The translations under genes and the position numbers were made by a program. The notes beneath the pieces were generated by a model. The model saw only the letters and a program-made list of their open reading frames with translations, was not told where the DNA came from and did no database searches. Shown here piece after piece: positions 1 through 9,006 of a DNA stretch of 32,000 nt (position 1 is the first letter of the stretch; each line of letters begins with the position of its first letter). The stretch is from an uncultured Rhodanobacteraceae bacterium (lineage in GTDB: Bacteria; Pseudomonadota; Gammaproteobacteria; Xanthomonadales; Rhodanobacteraceae). The DNA is taken from NCBI GenBank assembly GCA_964466115.1, contig CAYXMH010000001.1:84389-116388 (forward strand), given 5' to 3'.

Positions 1-52
1 TCATCTCCAAATCGATCCAGATCAAATTATCTTCGTTCAATACGATGGCCAT
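1..52 (-). CDS. orn: oligoribonuclease, 5' end only (gene continues past the left edge)
   Basis: The reverse strand from ATG at 52..50 reads MAIVLNEDNLIWIDLEM. This matches the conserved N-terminal NLIWIDLEMTGL exonuclease motif of Orn. An AAGGGAG Shine-Dalgarno (complement of 57..63) lies 4 nt upstream, and the start is 15 nt after the recD stop. The ORF track omits it because there is no stop codon in the window. Only 17 codons are visible. Confidence 0.7.
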   Translation of the reverse strand, partial: MAIVLNEDNLIWIDLEM

Positions 53-66
53 CGCGCTCCCTTGTT

Positions 67-1872
67 TTATACCCTATGGTTCGATTGTTTTCGCAGTAAC
101 GCGCCAAGGCCGGACCCGCGCTCGGGGCTGTGCGAAAGGCTTGCACGCAATACCGTTTCATTGCCCAAAATCGTAAGCCGCGAACGCGCCCGGCTGCATG
201 CGGTGTAAAGCCACTGGCGCGTTAGCAACGGGTGCGGCGCCTGCGGCAACACCAGGATAACATTTTCAAATTCCGAGCCTTGCGCTTTATGCACGGTCAT
301 TGCATAACTTAGCTCCCCATCGGGTAATTGGTCCTTGGCGAAATGGCGCAATTGCCCCTGCCCGTCATTAAACCAGGCGCGCAATGAAGATCCATCGCGC
401 CAAACAATCCCAGTATCGCCATTGTACAAGCCAAGGGCATGGTCATTGGCGGTCACCAATAACGGTGCGCCATGAAAAACATCGGGGGGTTCCTGCCATG
501 CCTTAAGACCCAGGTGTGCGCACGCCACGATCGCGTTTAACGAACGCGTGCCGCGGCTACCTTCGCGCACGGCGCAGAGCAGCCGAAAGCGCGCTAACGC
601 CTGCAATGCCTGCATGGGTTCATTGGCCTGCCTGATCTCACTTCGAAAACGCTGGGTTAATTGCAATAACTGATCTGCCCATTCACCCCGCACCGACGCC
701 GGTTCAATCAACGATAACTCCGTTTCTTCCTGCAAAAGAGCCATCATCGCATCGCCCTGGCCCATGCGTATGGCGGCAAGCAGCTTATCGATCCCGACAC
801 CCGCGGCATGACGATGGCTGCGCGCCAATGTCACGACGCAATCGGAAATGGGCGGCGCGGCAACCTCCGCCGGCGCCGCTTCATAACCATATGCAGCAAG
901 CCGATTCGCCAGCTCCGCACTAAAGGCATTGTTCGGGTTTATGTCACGCAATTCCGACAGCACGCAACCGGCTTCAACGGCAGCCAGCTGGTCTGGGTCG
1001 CCAATCAAAATAAGACGCGCAGTTTGCGGCAACGCGGCGAGCACGCGCGCCATGCTCGGCAGATCCACCATCGACACTTCGTCCAATACCAATACGTCCA
1101 ACGCCAACGGTGCGTCCTGGTGATGGCGAGCCTGCGTGCTTAAAAAATGGGTGCCAAGCAAACGGTGCAGGGTAATGGCGCTTCGTGGAATTTGGGTCTT
1201 AATGGATTCCGCAACCGGCAAGGCGATAAGATCACGGTTCAAACTTTCGCTTAGGCGCGCGGCCGCCTTGCCGGTGGGGGCGGCAAGTGCGATGCGCAAA
1301 GGATGAGGTGCTTGCAATTGCAACAACGCCAACAACCGCAAAACCAGCCAAGTTTTACCAGTGCCGGGGCCGCCACAGATTACCGTCAGGGCACTGCGTA
1401 AAACCAGTTGCGCGGCAATCACCTGCCAATCGGGTCCAGGTAACGATTGAGTTGGAAATACCAACTTTAGGTGTGCATGCAATTCGCTACCATCGCCGAG
1501 AGGTTCAATCCGGTAAGCCCGATTCAGCAAAGCCTCGGCCACCCGGCGTTCGTACTCAAAATAGCGGCGCAAATACAATCGCTCGCCATCGCAAATTAAC
1601 GGCGATTCACTACCCGGCACGCCAACCAAACCGGTGTCGAGCAGTGCGCTCAGCAAGTGGCCGACATCGCTTGGCGCGTGCGGTACCTGCGCGATCATGT
1701 CCGGTATCATCACCATAGGGACACAGGCATGGCCTTGCTGCACGGCGCAAGACAGCTCGACGATCACCCTCCGCATCCAGGCGAACGAACAGCCCGCCAA
1801 ATCAAGCAGGCAATCTGCCAGCGCCGCACCCAAGGCGTCGGCGTCGTTCGTGCTTGGCGAGATGGCATTCAC
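67..1872 (-). CDS. recD: exodeoxyribonuclease V alpha subunit (RecD, SF1 helicase)
   Basis: 601-aa ORF with Walker A GGPGTGKT, a DExx-type LVLDEVSMVD motif and the C-terminal SF1 motif YAMTVHKAQGSEF. The GTG start overlaps the recB stop (GTGA). Its position after recC-recB matches the canonical operon. Confidence 0.95.
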   Translation of the reverse strand: MNAISPSTNDADALGAALADCLLDLAGCSFAWMRRVIVELSCAVQQGHACVPMVMIPDMIAQVPHAPSDVGHLLSALLDTGLVGVPGSESPLICDGERLYLRRYFEYERRVAEALLNRAYRIEPLGDGSELHAHLKLVFPTQSLPGPDWQVIAAQLVLRSALTVICGGPGTGKTWLVLRLLALLQLQAPHPLRIALAAPTGKAAARLSESLNRDLIALPVAESIKTQIPRSAITLHRLLGTHFLSTQARHHQDAPLALDVLVLDEVSMVDLPSMARVLAALPQTARLILIGDPDQLAAVEAGCVLSELRDINPNNAFSAELANRLAAYGYEAAPAEVAAPPISDCVVTLARSHRHAAGVGIDKLLAAIRMGQGDAMMALLQEETELSLIEPASVRGEWADQLLQLTQRFRSEIRQANEPMQALQALARFRLLCAVREGSRGTRSLNAIVACAHLGLKAWQEPPDVFHGAPLLVTANDHALGLYNGDTGIVWRDGSSLRAWFNDGQGQLRHFAKDQLPDGELSYAMTVHKAQGSEFENVILVLPQAPHPLLTRQWLYTACSRARSRLTILGNETVLRASLSHSPERGSGLGALLRKQSNHRV

Positions 1873-4800
1873 GCGAACCGCCTACGATCGCCAAAGCAGC
1901 GATCCAAAGCCAGAATTAACTCAACCGGCGGCTGCACCACTTGTACCCCGCTCAAGGACACGTTTTCCTTCACACCGCGCACGAATACACACAATGCACC
2001 GCCCAAATTCGTTTCCGGTTCATACTGCGGGCCCAGTCGCAGCGCGAGATAGCGATGCAAAGCCAACAGATAAATCACCAACTGCAAGTCATAGCGATGC
2101 GATTGCATCGTTGCGGCAAGCCGATCGGGTGCGTAATCCGCTTCGTCACCACCCAAATAATTGCTTTTGTAGTCCAACACAAAAAAACGCCCCTGATTCT
2201 CGACTATTAAATCGATATAGCCATGCATCCATCCATGCAATCCGGTGGGCGTTTGCGCGAGTACGGCCAGCGCGTCGGCATAGTCACCAAACCGATTCGC
2301 AATCGCACCTATACTCTCCCTGGTAGAGCTCTCCAACGCGAAATGAAACTCCATTTCCTTGATCAGGCGGTTTGCAGGGACCCCGGCAAGCGCAAGCCCG
2401 GGCACCAATTCGGTATTCAGCAACCGCTTAATCCATTGCCGAAAAAGCGCTACGACGTCACGATCAAAACCGTATCGCTCGCTCACTTCAGCGATAAGAT
2501 TCCTAGCCAGACGATCGTCGGGATTTTGAAAATCGATTTGCTGCAGGATCGCATGCAAACACTCGCCCAGCAGAGCGCCGCGTGGAGCTTGCTCAGCTAA
2601 CGTGATTGAAAAACCCTCATCCCCGACCATGGAGCTATTCAAGAAACGTCGTTGATCAGCGCCACCATCAGAGGTTCCTGCGATTATTCTGGTGAAACTG
2701 TGGATGCTGCGTCGATCAGTGACATCCCGCGTAAATTCCCGCGCCGACAACGGCAAGCTCGTTGTATCCGCTTGCCATGGTGCACTTAAGCGTTCTGGCA
2801 TCCCGCAGACGGTGATAGCACCATCGCTGGCGTTGGCCAATTGCTGCAGCTGCGTTTGCAGCGCGGCATCGTCCAATTGCAGATATTGGGAATGCAATAA
2901 CGCGCCGTCCGGCGGAACGCCGTGAAACAAACGCGCACAAGGAGAATATTGCGCATCGGCAATCTTGCCCCAAACCAAATACAAACGATTGATGGCGCGC
3001 GTGCAGGCCACGTATGCACGCCTCATCGCCTCGGCGTAGTTCTCCCGCGCAGCGAGTTCTGCTCGCGACTCAAACGCGTCCGAACCAAGGTCGACTACCA
3101 CGCGCAAATCCTCCGGGTGATGACTAACCACCGGCGCCTGCTTGGCAATGCCGCGTGTTGCCTGCCATAAGAACGGCGCGAATACGATCGGATATTCCAA
3201 CCCCTTGCTGGCGTGAATCGTCACTATTTGAACCGCGTCGGCATCGCTGGCGCGGCGCAACCGCTCCGCGTCGTTCTCCGGGTTCGGACATTGGATGTAT
3301 CGTTCAAGTTGCTCGGCTTGCTCCTGTGCTCCATAACCTGCGTTGGATAGCTCGTTCAACAATTCACCGAGATGACGGAAATTCGCAATGCGACGCTGCC
3401 CATCCGCATAGATCAGGCAATGGGCGGAAAATTCATGCATCAATTCTTCGATCAGTGCTATCGGCCCATCGGCTTGCCACACGGCGGCAAGCGCTTGAAA
3501 GCGCTCGTGCACGCGTTCTTCTCGCACCGGATCGACCAGCAACTCAGCGATCAGCTTGGCGTTCCAACCCACGGTTTCGGTACTAAGCGCCGCACGCAGG
3601 TAGGAGCCGCGTCGCGGGTTAAGCATTGCTTGCACCAGCGACAAAAGATCCCGCGCCTGCGCGCTGGCGTACACGCTTTCGCGCGACAAGGTTGACGCCG
3701 CAACATTGCAAACCTGCAACGAACGCTCAATCAGCGCCGCCTGGTCATGAGTATTTACCAGCACCGCGATATCGCCGGCGCGCACGCTATGGCCGTCCAA
3801 AACCAATTCATTATCAGCGCCGGACGCCAATAAGCGCACAATCTCATCGGCGACCGCCGTCGCAACCGCCTTGGCCAATTTGCCGGTGCTATTGATTGGG
3901 CTATTGTGCGAGCTGTGCGCCGTCGCTTCCGTTACCGGGGCGTGCCACACCACCAAAGGATGGGGATTTGGCGTAAGAAACGCGCCGTTGCGCGGCCCAA
4001 GAGCCGCCACATTTTGCCACTCGATAAAATCGTATATGAAATTGTCTTTCGCCGCGAAAAGCACATTAACAGCCGATACCAATCTGGGTTCACTGCGGTA
4101 ATTGGTAGTTAAGGTACATAATTGACTTTTTGCAAGATTGCGCGCTTGTCCGTAGGCAAACACGTCGCCACCACGGAACCGGTAAATCGACTGCTTAGCA
4201 TCCCCGATCATCAACAAAGATCCGGCGTCCGCGTACAAGGCGCGAAAAATGGCAAACTGCTGTTGATCGGTATCTTGAAATTCATCCACCAGCGCCACTG
4301 GATAGCGCTCGCGCAAATGCGCGGCGAATTTGTCGCCGTTGGCAACCGTGAGCGCGTCGTGCACGCGCCCAATTAAGGCGTCGTACCCGTACACCGCGCT
4401 GGCATCCTCGCGCTGTTGCAACTCCCTCTGCGCGCTTAGCACCGTTTGACGCAACAATTTGGCTCGCTGCATACGGATAATCTTGGCTTGCACTTCCGCC
4501 AGGACCAACAATGCGTCTATCAGAGGGTGATCCGGCAGCGGCTTGCCTTGCCGGATAGCGCTCTCGGTCTGGCTGTTGCGAAAAAAATCGGGCTCGAATC
4601 GAACCAAATCGGCGGGCGCCGGCCAAGCGATGCGGCCACCACCAATCCATGCCGCCATATCTTGCAATAAACGGCTTACTTGGGCCGGCTTGTACCCTTT
4701 TTTCTCATCGGTACTAATGCCAAAACGCTTGTCGAACAAGAGCTCCATGCATCGTGCGGAATCCGCGCAAGCGATGGTAAACGCACGCGCGGCCGCTTGC

Positions 4801-5468
4801 TGGCGTTGTTGCAGTAGTTGCAGTTGCGCTTGCGGATCAGCAGGGTCAAACGCCTGCGTGGGCAATGTGAACAACCCTTGTATCGATTGAAACAGATGCG
4901 CGGGTGTGGCAAAGCATTGCAGCAGCCAAGCCGCATGCTCTTCGTCCTGGTGCAGTTCGCGCCGCCAAACGTCCTCGACAATCGAGCGCTTTAAGGGATC
5001 GGCGTTGGCGATGTCAAACCGCCCCAGCGACACCCCCGTCTGCAGCGCGTGATCGGTCAATACGCGCCGGCACCAACCGTGAATGGTAAAAATCGATGCG
5101 CGATCAAAATTCTGCAATGCCTGTAATAAGGCTTGTTGTTGCGTTGCTTGATCGACGCCGGATTTTTCGCATTGCGCGATCAACGCGTACAGGCGTTCGC
5201 GCTCGCGATCATCGGGATGCGGGTCGACATTCGCGGATAACACCGCGCAAGCCCAAGCCAAACGCCGGCGCAATCGCTCACGCAACTCCTCGGCAGCGGC
5301 TTCGGTAAAAGTAACCACCAAGATTTGCTCAACCTGAAAATTGCGCTCCAGCAACAACCGCAAATAAAGCCAAGCAATGCTAAACGTTTTTCCGGTGCCG
5401 GCGCTGGCTTCGACCAGACCGACGCCCGACAGCGGCATACGCAATAAATCCAGCGGTTGTGCACTCAT
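1869..5468 (-). CDS. recB: exodeoxyribonuclease V beta subunit (RecB, UvrD-like helicase plus PD-(D/E)XK nuclease)
   Basis: 1199-aa ORF with Walker A EASAGTGKTF, helicase motif II VDEFQDTD, TIHASKGLEYP, and the C-terminal nuclease motif GYIDLIVENQGRFFVLDYKSN. An ATGA overlap joins it to the recC stop. Confidence 0.97.
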   Translation of the reverse strand: MSAQPLDLLRMPLSGVGLVEASAGTGKTFSIAWLYLRLLLERNFQVEQILVVTFTEAAAEELRERLRRRLAWACAVLSANVDPHPDDRERERLYALIAQCEKSGVDQATQQQALLQALQNFDRASIFTIHGWCRRVLTDHALQTGVSLGRFDIANADPLKRSIVEDVWRRELHQDEEHAAWLLQCFATPAHLFQSIQGLFTLPTQAFDPADPQAQLQLLQQRQQAAARAFTIACADSARCMELLFDKRFGISTDEKKGYKPAQVSRLLQDMAAWIGGGRIAWPAPADLVRFEPDFFRNSQTESAIRQGKPLPDHPLIDALLVLAEVQAKIIRMQRAKLLRQTVLSAQRELQQREDASAVYGYDALIGRVHDALTVANGDKFAAHLRERYPVALVDEFQDTDQQQFAIFRALYADAGSLLMIGDAKQSIYRFRGGDVFAYGQARNLAKSQLCTLTTNYRSEPRLVSAVNVLFAAKDNFIYDFIEWQNVAALGPRNGAFLTPNPHPLVVWHAPVTEATAHSSHNSPINSTGKLAKAVATAVADEIVRLLASGADNELVLDGHSVRAGDIAVLVNTHDQAALIERSLQVCNVAASTLSRESVYASAQARDLLSLVQAMLNPRRGSYLRAALSTETVGWNAKLIAELLVDPVREERVHERFQALAAVWQADGPIALIEELMHEFSAHCLIYADGQRRIANFRHLGELLNELSNAGYGAQEQAEQLERYIQCPNPENDAERLRRASDADAVQIVTIHASKGLEYPIVFAPFLWQATRGIAKQAPVVSHHPEDLRVVVDLGSDAFESRAELAARENYAEAMRRAYVACTRAINRLYLVWGKIADAQYSPCARLFHGVPPDGALLHSQYLQLDDAALQTQLQQLANASDGAITVCGMPERLSAPWQADTTSLPLSAREFTRDVTDRRSIHSFTRIIAGTSDGGADQRRFLNSSMVGDEGFSITLAEQAPRGALLGECLHAILQQIDFQNPDDRLARNLIAEVSERYGFDRDVVALFRQWIKRLLNTELVPGLALAGVPANRLIKEMEFHFALESSTRESIGAIANRFGDYADALAVLAQTPTGLHGWMHGYIDLIVENQGRFFVLDYKSNYLGGDEADYAPDRLAATMQSHRYDLQLVIYLLALHRYLALRLGPQYEPETNLGGALCVFVRGVKENVSLSGVQVVQPPVELILALDRCFGDRRRFA

Positions 5469-8400
5469 AGGCTAGCCGCTAATAGTGGCGAGAAGAGCAA
5501 GCGTGCATGACGAATAAACTCCTCATCCACTAACGGCTCTTGGCCGCGGGCCAGCAAAGCTGCGTAAGGATCCGCCCTTTCCCCGCGGCTGTGTTCGCCA
5601 TTCCAAGCGTTCTCGGCCGCAACCATTGGCAACACGCCCTTTGCGTTGCGCGCAATGCGCTGCTCCGCGCGCACGTACGCCAGCTGTGAGCGGGGAAACA
5701 ACGGCAATGGTTGTACATAACTTTGCAAGTACAAGGCAACCAATTCGGTGAGAGCTTGCCGTGCCAAGGAAGCATCCACGACAGCAAACACCTGCTTTTG
5801 TGGCACTACCCCGGTTAAGCCAAATACAAATCGCGGCTGTTGCTTTATTTCAAGCAGCGCCTGCAGCAAATGTTTGAGCCAGGCTTCAAGCAAATCCCCC
5901 GCACGCAATTCGCCGGCTCGATAGAAAAGCAAACCGCCGGGTAATAATTCGACACTGGCGCACAACCGCACACCCGCCAGGTCCAGAGTAATCGCCCGCA
6001 TGCTACCCTTGAGTGGCGCATGCGGGCGCAACACCTCCGCCAATGCGAGCACTGAATCCCGTTCTAGCTGGTACAGTCGATCGCCGGCCGCCGCTGCCGG
6101 GAACAACCCACTACCGCGTAATGATTCGGGCATCCGTTCATGCAGCTCGTCTTTGACCGCCAAATCCAACATGGCGTCGCACGCGCGATAGCGCTCTAAA
6201 CCGGAAAGTATAAAAGGTTCATTGTCTATAATGTCTGTCGATTCTTTTGGGAATTCAATCCCCAACCGTTCCCGTAATTGGGTCTTGGCGGGATTGCGAA
6301 AAAACCGAATCAGGTCTGATAATGAAACCTCGCTTGGCGGAGTTAATTTTGGCCAACCCTCCACGAAGCGCCGTCCACCATCGCGGTTGGGTTTGCTGCG
6401 CGCGGCCGTTAGCCAATGAGCCGCAAAACTGCGTTCCCGTGCAAGACCCGAAAAATAATCGGGCGCAAATGGATATAGCCGATGCCGCCGAACCAAGCAC
6501 TGGTGCGCACGATCAATATCCCCGCCAAAACATTGGGCGCTAAGGAACTCCAACAACTCGTCCAATAAAATGGATGGCGGGCGTTGTTTGCCGTCCTGAA
6601 GATCGCAGGCCACATAGCTCAAATGCAGCGCCTGACGTGCGCAAAGCAGCGTCTCTAAAAACAGGAATCGCTCGTCGTCAGGACGAGAGCGATCACCCGC
6701 ACGCGGGTGGGCTTGCATTAAGTTGCAACTATCGCGGCTGACGGGACCGGGAAACTCACCGGTGTTCAACCCAAGTACCGCCACCACTCGAAATGGGATG
6801 GCGCGCATCGGAAGCAGAGTGCAAACGGTAACGCCCTCCCCGGGAAACTGGCTACTCAATGAGGATTGCTGCAACTCGCTTTCAAACGCCGCGCGCAGAT
6901 AGGGCAACGGCAAGGCATCGTTATACTGCGCTTGGTTTGCGGCCGCACCAAGAGCGACTATCACGCGCCGTAATTCATCGAGCACGTCAAGCGCCTCGGT
7001 GTCGCTCGCTGTGGGCGAAAAAAAATCGTCACACAGAGTGTGCATATGCTGCACCCAGTCGGCCATGCTTTTTTCCGTTTGCAACGTGTGTCTCAAGGCC
7101 GTCAGCTTTTCCAGTAATCGATTCAATTTGCCCAACGCCCGGACCGCTTGTCCTTCAAGATCGGTAAACGGTGCGACACCCCGCCATTGCGCGACGCCTT
7201 CGCCGCATGCGTACCCCACCAACAGCCGCTGCAGGCCAAACTGCCAGCTGTAATCGTTGTATTCACCAAGCCCGAGGCTTTGTCGAAATGCTGCATCAAG
7301 CCCCCAGCGAATGCCGCTATCCGAAACCCAATGAGTCAAAACCTCAAGCTCCGCTGATGTGATCTCAAATCGTTTTCTTAAACTGGGTAACGTCAGTAAA
7401 TCCAAAACCTCGGTTGCCGTAAATCGCCAATCGGGCAATTCGAGCAGTCGACGAAAAGTGTCGACTAAGCGGCTGTGCTGCAAGTACGAGCGATCGGCAA
7501 TACGGTAAGGAATGCGTTGGCGCAACGAAGCTGACGCAAAAATCGCCGTGACGTAATCCGCATAATCGTTGATGTTGGGGACCATCACTACGACGTCGCT
7601 GGGCTTTAAGCTGGCATCTTCTTGAAATTTCGCCAATAACGCGTCGTGCAATACTTCCACTTCACGCAGGCGGCTGGGGCAGGCATGAATTCGAAGGCTG
7701 CTGTCTTCCAAAGCCGGCAATCCGGCGCATTCTTCTGGTGCAATGAGAACAATGCTTTTTTGCAATTGAGTTAATAAAGATCGACTATCGGGAATGTCAA
7801 AAGCATCGCGTTCTTCCTGTTGATCGCCCGTGTGCAGCCGTCGCAGCAGTTCACGCCCCGACTTGCCCCACGATGCCAACAGCGGGTGCCCCACTTCGTG
7901 GTATTGCTCACCACCAGACCGGTTGTATTTGCTCCACAACGTTTTTAGTCGCGCCAGCTCGCGCTGCGAAAAAAGATCGGCCCAATAATGCAAACTGGGA
8001 TTAAGTTGGTACAGCGTAACGCGACGAATGGCGCCTAACGATCGCAACAAATCCAAATAAACCGGCGCCAATTGACTGACCCCAAAACAATAAATGCGTT
8101 GCGGTAAAACCGATCGATCGCCATATTCATCCAAGCCATCGCACAGTGAAAACCATTGCTCCAGCAAGACGCCACGGTGCGGCTGTTTGATGTCTTCTCG
8201 CAATTCTCGCCACAGTTTGGCCTGCAATAGCTCAAAGGAGCCAAGCCCGAGGTATTTGCCCTGCTCCCACGCACTTATCCAATCGCGCCGATACACAAGA
8301 TAGTGGTCATACAATTGCGCCAAACGCGCGGCCAATTCATACCACCGCAACCCATGGGAGCGGTTGTTGTGTGGGTCTTTATTGAAATACGCGTCGACTT

Positions 8401-8746
8401 CGCTCAGCTGAGATTGCTGTAGCACCTTTGGCAACGCACTCAGAATGCGCCAAACCAACGTGCCGGGCTCATAACCGGACTGGGGCGGCAGTGGACCAAA
8501 CGCCTCGTTCAATACGCGCCAAGCAAAGCTCGCTGGTAGGGGAAATTCGATATTGGCGCACACGCCAAGTCTTTGCGTTAGCCAAAGTTTCAACCAACGC
8601 GCCATTCCTGGGTGAGGAACAACAACCAAATCGGGTCGCAGCGTCGGGTCTTGATGCGGCTCACTGAGGCGCTGCGCCAAATCTTGCGCCAATCGCTCCA
8701 ACCGATTGCCGTGCACCAATGTAAAAACACCAGGGGATGTGGCCAT
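5465..8746 (-). CDS. recC: exodeoxyribonuclease V gamma subunit (RecC)
   Basis: 1093-aa ORF. Blocks I recognise from E. coli RecC are NIEFPLPASFAW, LYDHYLVYRRDWISAWEQG, LASWGKSGRELL, CPSRLREVEVLHDALLA and GDRSRPDDERFLFLETLL. It is the first gene of the recCBD operon. Confidence 0.95.
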   Translation of the reverse strand: MATSPGVFTLVHGNRLERLAQDLAQRLSEPHQDPTLRPDLVVVPHPGMARWLKLWLTQRLGVCANIEFPLPASFAWRVLNEAFGPLPPQSGYEPGTLVWRILSALPKVLQQSQLSEVDAYFNKDPHNNRSHGLRWYELAARLAQLYDHYLVYRRDWISAWEQGKYLGLGSFELLQAKLWRELREDIKQPHRGVLLEQWFSLCDGLDEYGDRSVLPQRIYCFGVSQLAPVYLDLLRSLGAIRRVTLYQLNPSLHYWADLFSQRELARLKTLWSKYNRSGGEQYHEVGHPLLASWGKSGRELLRRLHTGDQQEERDAFDIPDSRSLLTQLQKSIVLIAPEECAGLPALEDSSLRIHACPSRLREVEVLHDALLAKFQEDASLKPSDVVVMVPNINDYADYVTAIFASASLRQRIPYRIADRSYLQHSRLVDTFRRLLELPDWRFTATEVLDLLTLPSLRKRFEITSAELEVLTHWVSDSGIRWGLDAAFRQSLGLGEYNDYSWQFGLQRLLVGYACGEGVAQWRGVAPFTDLEGQAVRALGKLNRLLEKLTALRHTLQTEKSMADWVQHMHTLCDDFFSPTASDTEALDVLDELRRVIVALGAAANQAQYNDALPLPYLRAAFESELQQSSLSSQFPGEGVTVCTLLPMRAIPFRVVAVLGLNTGEFPGPVSRDSCNLMQAHPRAGDRSRPDDERFLFLETLLCARQALHLSYVACDLQDGKQRPPSILLDELLEFLSAQCFGGDIDRAHQCLVRRHRLYPFAPDYFSGLARERSFAAHWLTAARSKPNRDGGRRFVEGWPKLTPPSEVSLSDLIRFFRNPAKTQLRERLGIEFPKESTDIIDNEPFILSGLERYRACDAMLDLAVKDELHERMPESLRGSGLFPAAAAGDRLYQLERDSVLALAEVLRPHAPLKGSMRAITLDLAGVRLCASVELLPGGLLFYRAGELRAGDLLEAWLKHLLQALLEIKQQPRFVFGLTGVVPQKQVFAVVDASLARQALTELVALYLQSYVQPLPLFPRSQLAYVRAEQRIARNAKGVLPMVAAENAWNGEHSRGERADPYAALLARGQEPLVDEEFIRHARLLFSPLLAASL

Positions 8747-9006
8747 GAAAGATGATCAGCAGAAAAAACGAACGGCAAGGGTCCCAACGGCACGACCAAT
8801 TAACATATTAACAATAAAATCATATAGTTATAATAAATTCGTTCATTCAAATCGAGCATATGAGAATCCCCCCATGGAGACGATCCAGATTGCATTCGCG
8901 GCGTCTCACGCCCTGAGAACTGTTTAACGACTGCGCGAATCATTTGAATTGACACCCCCAAGCCGCTACTCTGCACCGATTCAGGCGTTAGCAACAAGGG
9001 GCGGGC

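Noticed and set aside
1634-2326. Long antisense or shadow ORFs inside strongly supported genes. Examples are 1634..2326 (+), 3155..3586 (+), 16883..17395 (+), 18484..18999 (-), 19069..19476 (-), 25286..25810 (+) and 29105..29572 (+).
   Set aside because: They are typical GC-rich shadow frames, rich in Arg, Ala, Pro and Ser. They have no motifs and are fully contained in genes with clear family signatures on the other strand.
8706-8997. Small ORFs (73 aa plus strand, 65 aa minus strand) in the AT-rich recC / GGDEF-EAL divergent region, plus a TTAACA-N15-TATAAT promoter-like string (8808..8834).
   Set aside because: The ORFs have no RBS, have odd composition, and overlap the recC start. The promoter-like hexamers have a 15-nt spacer, which is too short to call with confidence. 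The region is simply recorded as a divergent regulatory interval.
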